Positions 1 through 9,739 of a stretch of 64,000 nt of DNA are shown piece after piece. The notes beneath the pieces are model-generated. The model did not search any database and was not told the origin of the DNA. It was given only the letters and a program-made list of their open reading frames with translations. How positions within the stretch are numbered: position 1 is the stretch's first letter; each line of letters begins with the position of its first letter. Source of the DNA: Amphibalanus amphitrite (Eukaryota). Made by a program: the position numbers and the translations under genes. The stretch is taken from contig NW_024881521.1 of NCBI RefSeq assembly GCF_019059575.1, forward strand, positions 729,297-793,296, written 5' to 3'.

Positions 1-3000
1 GTCAGTTCTGACAGTCCGAGCGGCCGCGGGGTTTCATCTTGCTGTGCTGGCACGCCGGGCGGCCGTGGGGCCATTGGGTCGCCTAAGCCGGTGCTGGCAG
101 GCCGGGGAGCCTTGGGGTCCCTCCTGTCGGTGCTGGCAGGTCGGGCGGCCTTGGGGTCGCCCCTGTTGGTGCTGGGAGGTCGGGCATGCCTAGCGGCCTT
201 TGGGTCGCCTCTTCTGGTGCTGGCAGGTCGGGCAAGCCGGGCGGTCGTGGGGGTCACCTCTGCCGGTGCTGGCGGGTCGGGTGGCCGTGGGGTCGCTTTG
301 TTTCGTGCTGGCAGGCCGGGCGGCCATGTTTTCGTCCCTGTCAGTTCTGACAGTCCGCGCAGTCGCGGGGTTTCATCTGTCTGTGCTGGCAGGCCGAACA
401 GGCCGGACGGCCTTGGGGTAGCCTCTGCCGTAGCTGGCAGGCCGGGCAGCCGTGGGGTCGCCTCTGCCGGTGCTGGCAGGTCGGGCAGGCCGGGCGGCCA
501 CGTTGTCGCCTCTGCCGGTGCTGGCAGGCCGGACGGCCTTGGGGTAGCCTCTGCCGTAGCTGGCAGGCCGGGCAATTCGGGCGGCCGTGGGGTCGCCTCC
601 GCCGGTGCTGCAAGACCAAGTGGCCGTGGGGTCGCCTCCTTGGGTGCTGGCAGGTCAGGCTTCCTTGGGGTTGCCCCTGTCGGTGCTGGGAGGTCGGGCA
701 GGCCGGGCGGCCACGTTGTCGGCTGTCGCCCATGTTGGTGCTGGGAGGTCGGGAAGCCTGGCGGCCTTTGGGTCGCCTCTTCTGGTGCTGGCAGGTCGGG
801 CAAGCCGGGCGGCCGTGGGGTCACCTCTGCCGATGCTGGCGGGTCAGGCGGCCGTGGGGTCGTCGTTGCCGGTGCTGGCAGGCCGGGAGGGCGTGGGCTC
901 AACTCTGCCGGTGCTGGCAGGTCGGGCGGCCGTGGGGTCGCCTCATTTCGTGCTGGCAGGCCGGGTGGCCACGTTTTCGCCTCTGTCAGTTCTGACAGTC
1001 CGAGCGGCCGCGGGGTTTCATCTTGCTGTGCTGGCACGCCGGGCGGCCGTGGGGCCATTGGGTCGCCTAAGCCGGTGCTGGCAGGCCGGGGAGCCTTGGG
1101 GTCCCTCCTGTCGGTGCTGGCAGGTCGGGCGGCCTTGGGGTCGCCCCTGTTGGTGCTGGGAGGTCGGGCATGCCTAGCGGCCTTTGGGTCGCCTCTTCTG
1201 GTGCTGGCAGGTCGGGCAAGCCGGGCGGTCGTGGGGGTCACCTCTGCCGGTGCTGGCGGGTCGGGTGGCCGTGGGGTCGCTTTGTTTCGTGCTGGCAGGC
1301 CGGGCGGCCATGTTTTCGTCCCTGTCAGTTCTGACAGTCCGCGCAGTCGCGGGGTTTCATCTGTCTGTGCTGGCAGGCCGAACAGGCCGGACGGCCTTGG
1401 GGTAGCCTCTGCCGTAGCTGGCAGGCCGGGCAGCCGTGGGGTCGCCTCTGCCGGTGCTGGCAGGTCGGGCAGGCCGGGCGGCCACGTTGTCGCCTCTGCC
1501 GGTGCTGGCAGGCCGGACGGCCTTGGGGTAGCCTCTGCCGTAGCTGGCAGGCCGGGCAATTCGGGCGGCCGTGGGGTCGCCTCCGCCGGTGCTGCAAGAC
1601 CAAGTGGCCGTGGGGTCGCCTCCTTGGGTGCTGGCAGGTCAGGCTTCCTTGGGGTTGCCCCTGTCGGTGCTGGGAGGTCGGGCAGGCCGGGCGGCCACGT
1701 TGTCGGCTGTCGCCCATGTTGGTGCTGGGAGGTCGGGAAGCCTGGCGGCCTTTGGGTCGCCTCTTCTGGTGCTGGCAGGTCGGGCAAGCCGGGCGGCCGT
1801 GGGGTCACCTCTGCCGATGCTGGCGGGTCAGGCGGCCGTGGGGTCGTCGTTGCCGGTGCTGGCAGGCCGGGAGGGCGTGGGCTCAACTCTGCCGGTGCTG
1901 GCAGGTCGGGCGGCCGTGGGGTCGCCTCATTTCGTGCTGGCAGGCCGGGTGGCCACGTTTTCGCCTCTGTCAGTTCTGACAGTCCGAGCGGCCGCGGGGT
2001 TTCATCTTGCTGTGCTGGCAGGCCGGGCGGCCGTGGGGCCGTTGGGTCGCCTATGCCGGTGCTGTCAGGTCGGGTAGCCTTGGGGTCACTCCTGTCGGTG
2101 CTGGCAGGTCGGGCGGTCTTGGGGTCGCCCCTGTTGGTGCTCGGAGGTCGGGCAAGCCTAGCGGCCTTTGGGTCGCCTCTTCTGGTGCTGGCAGGTCGGG
2201 CAAGCCGGGCGGTCGTGGGGGTCACCTCTGCCGGTGCTGGCGGGTCGGGTGGCCGTGGGGTCGCTTTGTTTCGTGCTGGCAGGCCGGGCGGCCATGTTTT
2301 CGTCCCTGTCAGTTCTGACAGTCCGCGCAGTCGCGGGGTTTCATCTGTCTGTGCTGGCAGGCCGAACAGGCCGGACGGCCTTGGGGTAGCCTCTGCCGTA
2401 GCTGGCAGGCCGGGCAGCCGTGGGGTCGCCTCTGCCGGTGCTGGCAGGTCGGGCAGGCCGGGCGGCCACGTCGCCTCTGCCGGTGCTGGCAGGCCGGGCA
2501 GCCGTGGGGTCACCTCTGCCGGTGCCGCAAGGCCAAGTGGCCGTGGGGTCGCCTCCTTCGGTGCTGGCAGGTCGGGCGGCCTTGGGGTCGCCCCTGTCAG
2601 TTCTGGCAGTCCTGGTGGCCGCGGGATTTCATCTGTCGGTGCTGGCAGGCCGGACAGGCCGTGCGGCCGTGGGGTCGCCTCCTTCGGTGCTGGCAGGTCA
2701 GGCTCCCTTGGGGTCGCCCCTGTCGGTGCTGGGAGGTCGGGCAGGCCGGGCGGCCACGTTGTCGGCTGTCGCCCCCGTTGGTGCTGGGAGGTCGGGAAGC
2801 CTGGCGGCCTTTGTATCGCCTCTTCTGGTGCTGGCAGGTCGGGCAAGCCGGGCGGCCGTGGGGTCACCTCTGCCGATGCTGGCGGGTCAGGCGGCCGTGG
2901 GGTCGTCTTTGCCGGTGCTGGCAGGCCGGGCGGGCGTGGGGCCGTTGGGTCGCCTATGCCGGTGCTGGCAGGTCGGGCGGCCTTGGGGTCGCTCTTGTCG

Positions 3001-3170
3001 GTGCTGGCAGGTCGGGCGGCCTTGGGGTCGCCCCTGTCGGTGCTGGCAGGTCAGGAGGCCTTGGGGTCTCGCCCCTGTCGGTGCTGGCAGGTCGGGCAAG
3101 CCGGGCGGCCGTGGGGTCACCTCTGCCGGTGCTGGCTGGCCGGGCGGCCATGTGGGGTTGGGTCGCCTCT
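1..3170. repeat. Higher-order tandem repeat: 984-bp unit x ~3.2 copies, built from 39/45/48-bp GC-rich subunits (consensus ggtgctggcaggYcgggcRgccgtggggtcgcctctgcc)
   Basis: Positions 1-60 recur at 985-1044 and ~1969-2028. ORF-track peptides from copy 1 and copy 2 are identical (200..421 = 1184..1405). Copy 3 carries small in-frame indels. Long ORFs occur in several frames on both strands, so the ORFs are not treated as coding evidence. Confidence 0.9.
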
Positions 3171-4047
3171 CTTAATGCTGGGATGTCGAAAGGTAGGTGG
3201 GAAGATCCCGCCCCTGATCGTCCTACTTCACCAGAACTCGCTCGACTCTACTCCTGATTTCACATTTTTCTTTAGCTGCACGTGGACCTTTGGTCCGTAT
3301 TTTTTTTTTTTATCGTTTCAGTCCTAAACCTCTTCAGAGACCAAGTCTGCTCCTAAAGCGCAATTTGCACACGCTTCTGATAGAGTTCACAGCGAGCATG
3401 CATCACAACAAATAAAGTAAACTATTTGATATCGCTCGTGTGGCCTTGGTCCAGGGTATGGCATGCCACCCCATACTTATCCCTACTATTTCAAGTTGGT
3501 GGTCTTGAACTTTGGTTGCTTTTATCTTACAGTTTTCCTCCATTCAAACGCCCGGATACCTACTAGAAGATATTGGTAAAACATAGAAAGGCGGCAAACG
3601 CAAGCAAGAAGGGCTTAATATATTTTTAATGCAAATTTTCCTGGCAAAATTAAACTTCTACCAAGTGTTATGCACTCACCTGAAAGGCAAAAAAGCGCAA
3701 GTGCGTAAAAGTCAGCGCGGTGATAAGCAAGAAAAGCGCAACTACTTAGTTGCGCTTTTCTTGCCTATCACATCGTCCTGACCGCTGCAGATACGCTTTT
3801 TTAATAGCTGTGTTTACGCTTTTTTTGCTTGCGGTCAGGGAGGATGAAAAACATTTACGCTTTTCTCGAAAAAGAAAATTTGATATAACTCGAAAATTAT
3901 ACGAATTTCGAAAAACGGTTTTGCAGAAAGATGGAGATTGCTATTCTCTACCTAATGGTATCAAAATCTCAAAATCGAAAAAATGCGAGTTACGCTTTTC
4001 TTGGTTGTCACGGCAGTCTTGAATAATGCAGTATCTGTTCTTTTCAG

Positions 4048-4136
4048 AATGATTTGCGCGAGTTCTGGTGTCTTCTGGACTGGGCTAACCCCGGGTGTCT
4101 CGGCACCTGTGAACAGTTCGTCAACGACTTTGTGAG
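4048..4136 (+). CDS. ERCC6L2: ERCC6L2-like SNF2 ATPase, exon a (NDLREFWCLLDWANPGCLGTCEQFVNDFV; SNF2 motif III region)
   Basis: Acceptor ttttcag|AAT at 4046-4047, donor AG|gtgagg at 4137. The peptide matches the LQNNxxELW...DWAxPGxLG region of ERCC6L2 orthologues. Confidence 0.75.
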
Positions 4137-4374
4137 GTGAGGCATCACCGTGATAATTTCCTAATAATTTCGTGGGCTTCTACCACCGGCGCCCCTCTTA
4201 GTTTTTTATCATCAATGGCTGTTTTTTTCGTGTCCTGTTATTTTGATTAGTGTTGTAGCTTGAAAAGACCGTACCACAGACAATCACAGCAAAGTGGACT
4301 TTTTCTTATCCACGTAGTGTCTGTCTGCCCCTATAGTAAATTGTACTAACGCGTCCTTCCTTCCCTGTCCCCAG

Positions 4375-4528
4375 GCCGATAGAGCGTGGTCGCCGGCGCG
4401 GTGCCGTGAAGCGGGACGTGGCCGAGTCCTGGCGGCGCCGGGAGCTGCTGGCCACAATGCGGCAGCGCTGGATGCTGCGGCGAACCAAGGCGCTCATTGC
4501 CGACCAACTGCCGAACAAGACCGACCAG
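4375..4528 (+). CDS. ERCC6L2: ERCC6L2-like exon b (RPIERGRRRGAVKRDVAESWRRRELLATMRQRWMLRRTKALIADQLPNKTDQ)
   Basis: TACTAAC branch motif at 4344-4350, acceptor ccccag|G, donor CAG|gtacgt. FLRRTK..I.DQLP.K is the SNF2 motif IV signature. Phase is continuous with exon a (AG+G=Arg). Confidence 0.85.
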
Positions 4529-4789
4529 GTACGTCAGTGTGGGGTGGAGCGGCACGGACCTGGCTAGGAGAGGGAGGAACGGAGAGGAGAGAGGACTGGG
4601 ATTTTGTTTGTTCCCAGAAATGCACTATGACCCCAAAGAGTGTTTTCTGTCCCCAGATAGTTCGTGTCTTGCTCCATCCCAAAATTAGGCACCGTACCTA
4701 CGCCCCCAGGCCCTGCTAATAGCATAGTGTGCTTCCAATTTGTAAAAGTTTACCGGTGCCCTCAAATACGGCAGCCTGTTCTGTGGTGT

Positions 4790-5023
4790 GCCATGTATTA
4801 TGTCTTTAGATGCTGTCCTGTGTTCCCTCAGATACTGTACTGTCCGCCGTCGCCGCTGTAGCGACAAGTCTACAGCGCCGTCCCCCTGTCTGCAGCTGTA
4901 TTCTGTTGTGTCTGAACATTGTGTCCTCTGTCCTCAGATAGTGTACTGTTGTGTCTGGATGCTGTGTCCTCTATCCTCAGATAGTGTACTGTTGTGTCTG
5001 AATGTAGTGTCCTCTGTCCTCAG
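4790..5023 (+). repeat. Tandem array of ~41-bp units duplicating the 3' splice site and first bases of ERCC6L2-like exon c (tgtgtcctctgtcctcagatagtgtactgttgtgtctgaa x3). A longer copy (~4823-4900) carries 60 nt of exon with an in-frame TAG.
   Basis: Direct reading shows repeated cctcagatagtgtactgt motifs upstream of the real acceptor at 5022-5023. Confidence 0.85.
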
Positions 5024-5164
5024 ATAGTGTACTGTCCGCCGTCGCCGCTGCAGCGTCAGGTCTACAGCGCCGTCCTGGACCGGCCCGATGTCCGTCTGCT
5101 GGTCCGCCGCTCCCGGCCCTGTGACTGCGGCAGCGGAAGGAGGGCGGCGCGCTGCTGCCTGAAG
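5024..5164 (+). CDS. ERCC6L2: ERCC6L2-like exon c (IVYCPPSPLQRQVYSAVLDRPDVRLLVRRSRPCDCGSGRRAARCCLK)
   Basis: Acceptor cctcag|ATA, donor AAG|gtaagg. The C.C.SG....CC motif is characteristic of ERCC6L2 (human ...EPCTCRSGQKRRNCCYK...). Confidence 0.85.
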
Positions 5165-5419
5165 GTAAGGTGCTTGTGGGGTGGTAGCGTGCTTATCACC
5201 ACTCTTTCACACCTACTGAAACTGTACTGTTTGACGTCGATTTAGAAGAGTGCTCACCTTTTGGCCCGCTCTGAAGATCTTTTTGTGCCATATTCTTCGT
5301 TAGTGAGAGATTTACCGATTTCATTTTACCATTGCCATGCTGGAAGTGTGTGTTTAATGTGGGTGCTACTGAAACCCGATGTAGTTTTTCTGAAAACGTA
5401 GTTTTCCGTGCCATTTCAG

Positions 5420-5548
5420 CACGAGTCCGGTCCGGCGGCTGGAGTAGCGCTGTCTTACATGAGCCTGCTGATGAAAGTCAGCAACCACCCGTGTCTGCTG
5501 CTGCCCAGCGGGAGCGCCTCCGCTCAGCAGAACAGGATGGCCCGTCAG
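5420..5548 (+). CDS. ERCC6L2: ERCC6L2-like exon d (HESGPAAGVALSYMSLLMKVSNHPCLLLPSGSASAQQNRMARQ)
   Basis: Acceptor tttcag|CAC, donor CAG|gtaaga. Matches LSYLTVLQKVANHVALL of ERCC6L2. Confidence 0.85.
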
Positions 5549-5934
5549 GTAAGACGGGGAACGGGACAGTAGTAGTCAACCACTAACCACCCGTGTCTGC
5601 TGCTGCCCAGCGGGAGCGCCTCCGCCCAGCAGATTAGGATGGCTCGTCAGGTGAGGATATTCAGAGACATATTTGTGTGTCTATTGGGGCGCCTCCGTAA
5701 AACAGAACAAGATGGCATGACAGGTGGGAAAAGTTAGGGACGATTTTTGAGTTAGTTGCATATGTCTGCATCAAATTAGTTGGACGGCTCGGAAGAGGGA
5801 TGCCGGGGCACGCTAGATGAGGAGCAGGAACTATGTGTACTCTGAATTGTAGTCTCTAATGTCTATACATATCTGTTGTTTATGCGTGTAATGTGCCTGG
5901 CTGTTCACGTCACCTGGCCATCGCTCTGTTGCAG

Positions 5935-6036
5935 GTCTGTCAGTCGGTGTTTGACCAGTTTCCAGAGCTGGCCCGCCTCAGCCGCTCACAGGCGTATCGT
6001 GCCCTCTCCGACCCGAAATACTGCGGCAAAATGAAG
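5935..6036 (+). CDS. ERCC6L2: ERCC6L2-like exon e (VCQSVFDQFPELARLSRSQAYRALSDPKYCGKMK)
   Basis: Acceptor ttgcag|GTC, donor AAG|gtaatg. SDPKYSGKMK is conserved in ERCC6L2. Confidence 0.85.
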
Positions 6037-6118
6037 GTAATGGAATGGTACATTAGGGTCGTCGGATATTTGTGAGGAACTGATTGATGACGAGGGTATC
6101 TTCTATCCTCCTGGGTAC

Positions 6119-6337
6119 GGTACACTCGGGGGCAGATTGATGTTCCACCACTCCCTACCCATCGGGCTCCCATGGCTCCCGCACTGGCTGCTGTCAGTGG
6201 CAGGACTGGCAGCACTGGCATTGACAGGCAGTGCTGAGCAGTGCTGAGGGCAGGCAACACCGGCAGCAGCCACTGCTGATCCATGGGAGCCCGATGGGTA
6301 GGGAGTGGTGGAACATCAATCTGCCCCCGAGTGTACC
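6119..6337. repeat. Hairpin/foldback: perfect ~57-bp inverted arms (ggtacactcgggggcagattgatgttccaccactccctacccatcgggctcccatgg) separated by ~105 bp, inside an ERCC6L2-like intron
   Basis: Left arm 6119-6175 is the reverse complement of 6281-6337. The internal segment has further dyad symmetry. No clear TSD. Confidence 0.85.
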
Positions 6338-6471
6338 TATCAACAAACTGTACTAGTTTGCTCACATATTTATGAATTAAGTGTTTGCCGAATGCTCATT
6401 CATTTTGCGATATTTTATATTGGCAATATGATAATGAAGACTGTGTGATCACACCCTGCCTTCATTTGCAG

Positions 6472-6581
6472 GTGCTGACCACCTTAATTGAGCACTTCCG
6501 TCAGAAATCTCAGAAGGTGCTGATATTCTCGTATTCCACTAGAATGCTCAAGATAATTCGGGCCTACGTATTAAATCAACA
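6472..6581 (+). CDS. ERCC6L2: ERCC6L2-like exon f (VLTTLIEHFRQKSQKVLIFSYSTRMLKIIRAYVLNQ(Q); start of helicase C domain)
   Basis: Acceptor tttgcag|GTG, donor CA|gtgagt (phase 2). KVLLFS.ST..LD is SNF2 motif IV/V context. Confidence 0.8.
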
Positions 6582-6907
6582 GTGAGTATTTCCTGGCTCT
6601 TCTTTCAACTGATTGGTTCTTCGTCGCACTACGGAACGTTTCATTGGTTCCTTCACTTGTGCGCCTTGTTTGGTTTTAGGATACAATGCAGGCATGTTTC
6701 AAAAATGAAAGATTACCTGGCTGTGTAAGGCAAGAGCACATGTCAAGCAGTTAGCTACAATATCAAATGACCAGAGCTGCTGTTGGGTGATTGATGATTC
6801 TCTTCAGAGGTTGATCGTGAACTACCACCATTTTCGGTCTCATCAGGTCACCATCACATTCTCCTGACTAATACTGTGCCCGTTTGACCTGACCCGCACC
6901 TCTCCAG

Positions 6908-7111
6908 GTTTGACCTGACCTACATTGACGGCGAGACGCCTGCCTCGGAGCGGCCGGCGCTGTGCGAGCAGTTCTGCCGCCGGCCGCAGTGGGCGGTGGC
7001 GCTAGTGTCGACCCGGGCCGGCGGCCAGGGGCTGAACATTGTGGGCGCCACGGCAGTGGTGGTGGTGGACCCCAGCTGGAACCCGGCGCACGACCTGCAG
7101 GCGCAGGACAG
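6908..7111 (+). CDS. ERCC6L2: ERCC6L2-like exon g (FDLTYIDGETPASERPALCEQFCRRPQWAVALVSTRAGGQGLNIVGATAVVVVDPSWNPAHDLQAQD(R); helicase-C motifs V-VI)
   Basis: Acceptor ctccag|G, donor AG|gtgaga. STRAGGQGLN...DPSWNPAHDLQAQDR matches the canonical SNF2 STKAGGLGLN...DPDWNP..D.QA.DR. Confidence 0.9.
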
Positions 7112-7277
7112 GTGAGAGACGGGGCTAGTACGTAACCATGGAACTTCCTCACATTTTGGCGCCGAAACCCGGCTTGTATTCGTCCAGCGTTTACTCATCC
7201 CGTCACTCAGCTCTGGTCCAGTATTTGCCCCCCGGCCATGTGATTGTGTAAGTCCGACACGGGTTGCTTGCTTACAG

Positions 7278-7365
7278 GGCGTACCGGCTGGGTCAGACCA
7301 AGGATGTGAGTGTGTTTCGACTTGTCACAGCCGGTACGATCGAGGAGAACATCTACCTCAGGCAG
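7278..7365 (+). CDS. ERCC6L2: ERCC6L2-like exon h ((R)[29 protein letters not shown])
   Basis: Acceptor cttacag|G, donor CAG|gtcagt. AYRIGQ...V.RL...GT.EE.IY.RQ is the SNF2 motif VI tail. Confidence 0.9.
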
Positions 7366-7637
7366 GTCAGTGCCAAGGGTCCTAGAACGATCATTTTAAC
7401 AATGTAGAACCAGGCTCATTTTCTGATTACTTCCTCTAGCTATTGGCTAGGGTATTTTTACCTTTAATTTTGAAAGACGTCGCATTGGAGCCCCATATTT
7501 TTGGGGAACAACGCGAAATATGCGAGTCGTTCGTTGCATTTGAGGCCTTTGTCTGCGATCGTTGGCTGCAGTGTTACTGAAATTTCTAGCCACCCACGCC
7601 TCCTGACTCTCCATCTCTTCACCTCCCCGTCCAACAG

Positions 7638-7836
7638 GTGTACAAGCAGCAGCTCTCCACCCTCGCCGTGGAGGGCGGTACCGGCCCGCGACTGTTCTCC
7701 GCCTCCGCCGGCCGACCGGGCCTGCAGGGGGAGCTGTTTGGGCTGCACAACTTGCTGCAGCTGCGGGCGGACGGCAGGCTGACAGAGGGGCTACTGGACT
7801 CACATAGGAGGGTGGAGAGGCTCCTTACTGCCGCCG
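7638..7836 (+). CDS. ERCC6L2: ERCC6L2-like exon i (VYKQQLSTLAVEGGTGPRLFSASAGRPGLQGELFGLHNLLQLRADGRLTEGLLDSHRRVERLLTAA). An alternative donor at 7908 lies in a tandem duplicate.
   Basis: Acceptor caacag|GTG. The peptide matches ERCC6L2 IYKQQL...QGELFGIHNLF. Donor CCG|gtgagg at 7837. A duplicated donor copy (GCTG|gtgagg) at 7909 has the same phase. Confidence 0.75.
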
Positions 7837-8234
7837 GTGAGGGGCCGACTGAGGGAGTGAGGGGCTGCTGGACCCACAGGAGGATCGAGAGGCTACTGAC
7901 GGCCGCTGGTGAGGGGCTGAGGGACGGCCTGATGGATCAGGGACAGATTGAGGCTCCAAAGAACTGCTGGACTTGGACGTAATTTCTGAGACTGGATAAT
8001 TTTTTACTGCTGGCGGTGAGACACTGGGACTGAGAACTGGACTGGCCTGGACTGGCCTGAAAGGCAGTTGACGGACTGGTCGATAGAGTAATAGTTGACT
8101 GAGAGACCGATGGACAGCTGCTTGATGGACTGGCCGTGAGTTTCGTTGCTATTGTTTCGGAAAATCACCATCTGGTTATGCGCCCCTCCCCCGTATCACC
8201 ACACTAGCCAGAACATCCCCCCATTCCCCACCAG

Positions 8235-8462
8235 CCGGTCACGAGGTGAGCGGAGCTCTCCCCGAAGTCCGGGAGGGTGTGGCCGGTCTCACCGTGAGCG
8301 ACTACACGGCCGTGGCGCCCGCTGGCGGCGGGGAGGCGCCATCACCGGAGGGCGCGGAGCTGCTGCCATCTGACGACGAGGTGGATCAAACTCCGCCCGG
8401 CGGCCATCGAGAGGCTGCCGTGGGCGGGGCGGAGGTGACGGCCTCCATCGACGTGGCGCTCA
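8235..8462 (+). CDS. ERCC6L2: ERCC6L2-like exon j (acidic/Ala-rich low-complexity: ...GHEVSGALPEVREGVAGLTVSDYTAVAPAGGGEAPSPEGAELLPSDDEVDQTPPGG...)
   Basis: Acceptor ccaccag|CC is phase-compatible with exon i (G+CC). Donor CTCA|gtaagt. The reading frame is open and matches ORF 8246..8476. No homology anchor. Confidence 0.5.
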
Positions 8463-8955
8463 GTAAGTCAATTTAACATTTTCTCATATTTTGATTCCAG
8501 CTGATGTTTGTATATTGCCGTTTATTGCCTAAGTTTGTATTTAGGAAAGAGATGTATTGCCTTCATTATAAGAATGGCGCACTAAACAGTCCACTTTAGA
8601 ATGTCAGTTCACCACAACAGATTGACTTCAAGAATGAGATCAGGGTCCAATCTGATAAAATGTCGTGCTATTCTATTCACGGCATTTGGTAACATTTACG
8701 GTGATACCAGTGCTGACAAAGGGTTATCCGAGTCAACGAAATGATTCTTAGGATCGTCAACTTATAATGTACTGAAATGCGTGAAAAATTTTGCATTTGA
8801 TAGCCGTTTTCTGCAGCTGAATTTCAGTCAGTGCTGCTATATCCATTCCACGGCGTTCATAAGATTGATCCCAGATCATTTCAGATCACGTAAGCTTAGT
8901 TCATAAGTGACACCTGACGTCTCTGGGCTCTGACCGCCTTCTCCCGCTGCTCCAG

Positions 8956-9110
8956 GGGACTGCGGCGTGCGCCACGTGCACGGTAACGCCCCACTCGTGG
9001 CCGCCAGCCGGCTGGAGGAGCACGTGGCGCGCCAGGCGACCCGTGCCGTGTATCAGCTGCACGCGGGCACCCAGGAGCCGGCCGAGAGGTGCGCCCCGCT
9101 GCCGCCCCAG
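8956..9110 (+). CDS. ERCC6L2: ERCC6L2-like exon k ((R)DCGVRHVHGNAPLVAASRLEEHVARQATRAVYQLHAGTQEPAERCAPLPPQ)
   Basis: Acceptor gctccag|GG gives A+GG=Arg, phase-compatible with exon j. Donor CAG|gtgagt. Supported by ORF 8967..9161. Confidence 0.5.
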
Positions 9111-9378
9111 GTGAGTCGAGAACTAATTGTACGGAGGGAACGGACTAACGGCGAACCCTGAGGAAGAGGGACGGACTTCAGAGGAATCGAAATGGGCTAA
9201 GGGTTGTTATGCTGTGTGGAGGTTAGTCAAGTGTTCACCAAAAGGATAACTAATCTCTTGAGTTATTGCTGGTTGTGGATGTTGCAATGGCGGATGACCG
9301 TGGATACCGAGTCCGACTAATGGCCAAATCATTCTTGCTGAACTCCATTAACACGCTTTTGTCTCCGTTTCTCTCCAG

Positions 9379-9589
9379 CGGAGCGGGAGCGGCCGCGGGG
9401 CCCAGCGGACGCCCCGCCAGCCTCCGCCGGTACCTCCCGGCGGCCTGCCCCGTCCGTCCGACCCGACCCCGCAGCACAGCGCGGCGATCCGGCCGTCTGG
9501 GAGCCGCAGCGGCCGCCGGCTACCCTCCGTCCTTACTGGAGAGGCCAGTCCGGCGCCGCGGGGGAGCGACGAGTCACCGGCCGGATCAG
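9379..9589 (+). CDS. ERCC6L2: ERCC6L2-like exon l (Pro/Ser/Arg-rich low-complexity)
   Basis: Acceptor ctctccag|CGG, donor TCAG|gtagga. Frame is open. Supported only by splice-phase continuity. Confidence 0.4.
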
Positions 9590-9739
9590 GTAGGACAAGG
9601 GGTGGTAGGAGGAGACAGGATTCGGGGAGAAGGAGAGAGGAGTCGGGGAGGAGGAGAGAAGAGTCGGGAGGGAGGCAGGGCTCAAGCCGGAGGAGGCAGG
9701 GCTCCGGCCAGCGGAGAACTCGTCGGCATCGACCCACAG

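Noticed and set aside
91-3327. 1078-aa ORF covering the entire 984-bp HOR satellite
   Set aside because: Not called as CDS. Long ORFs exist in other frames and on the opposite strand because the units are GC-rich and 3n-periodic. The ERCC6L2-like exon at 4048 requires upstream exons, so this region is most simply intronic. Kept only as a finding.
3750-4022. 90-aa ORF in the AT-rich intronic block
   Set aside because: Low-complexity Phe/Lys/Arg-rich translation of a repeat-bearing AT-rich segment. No splice or homology support.
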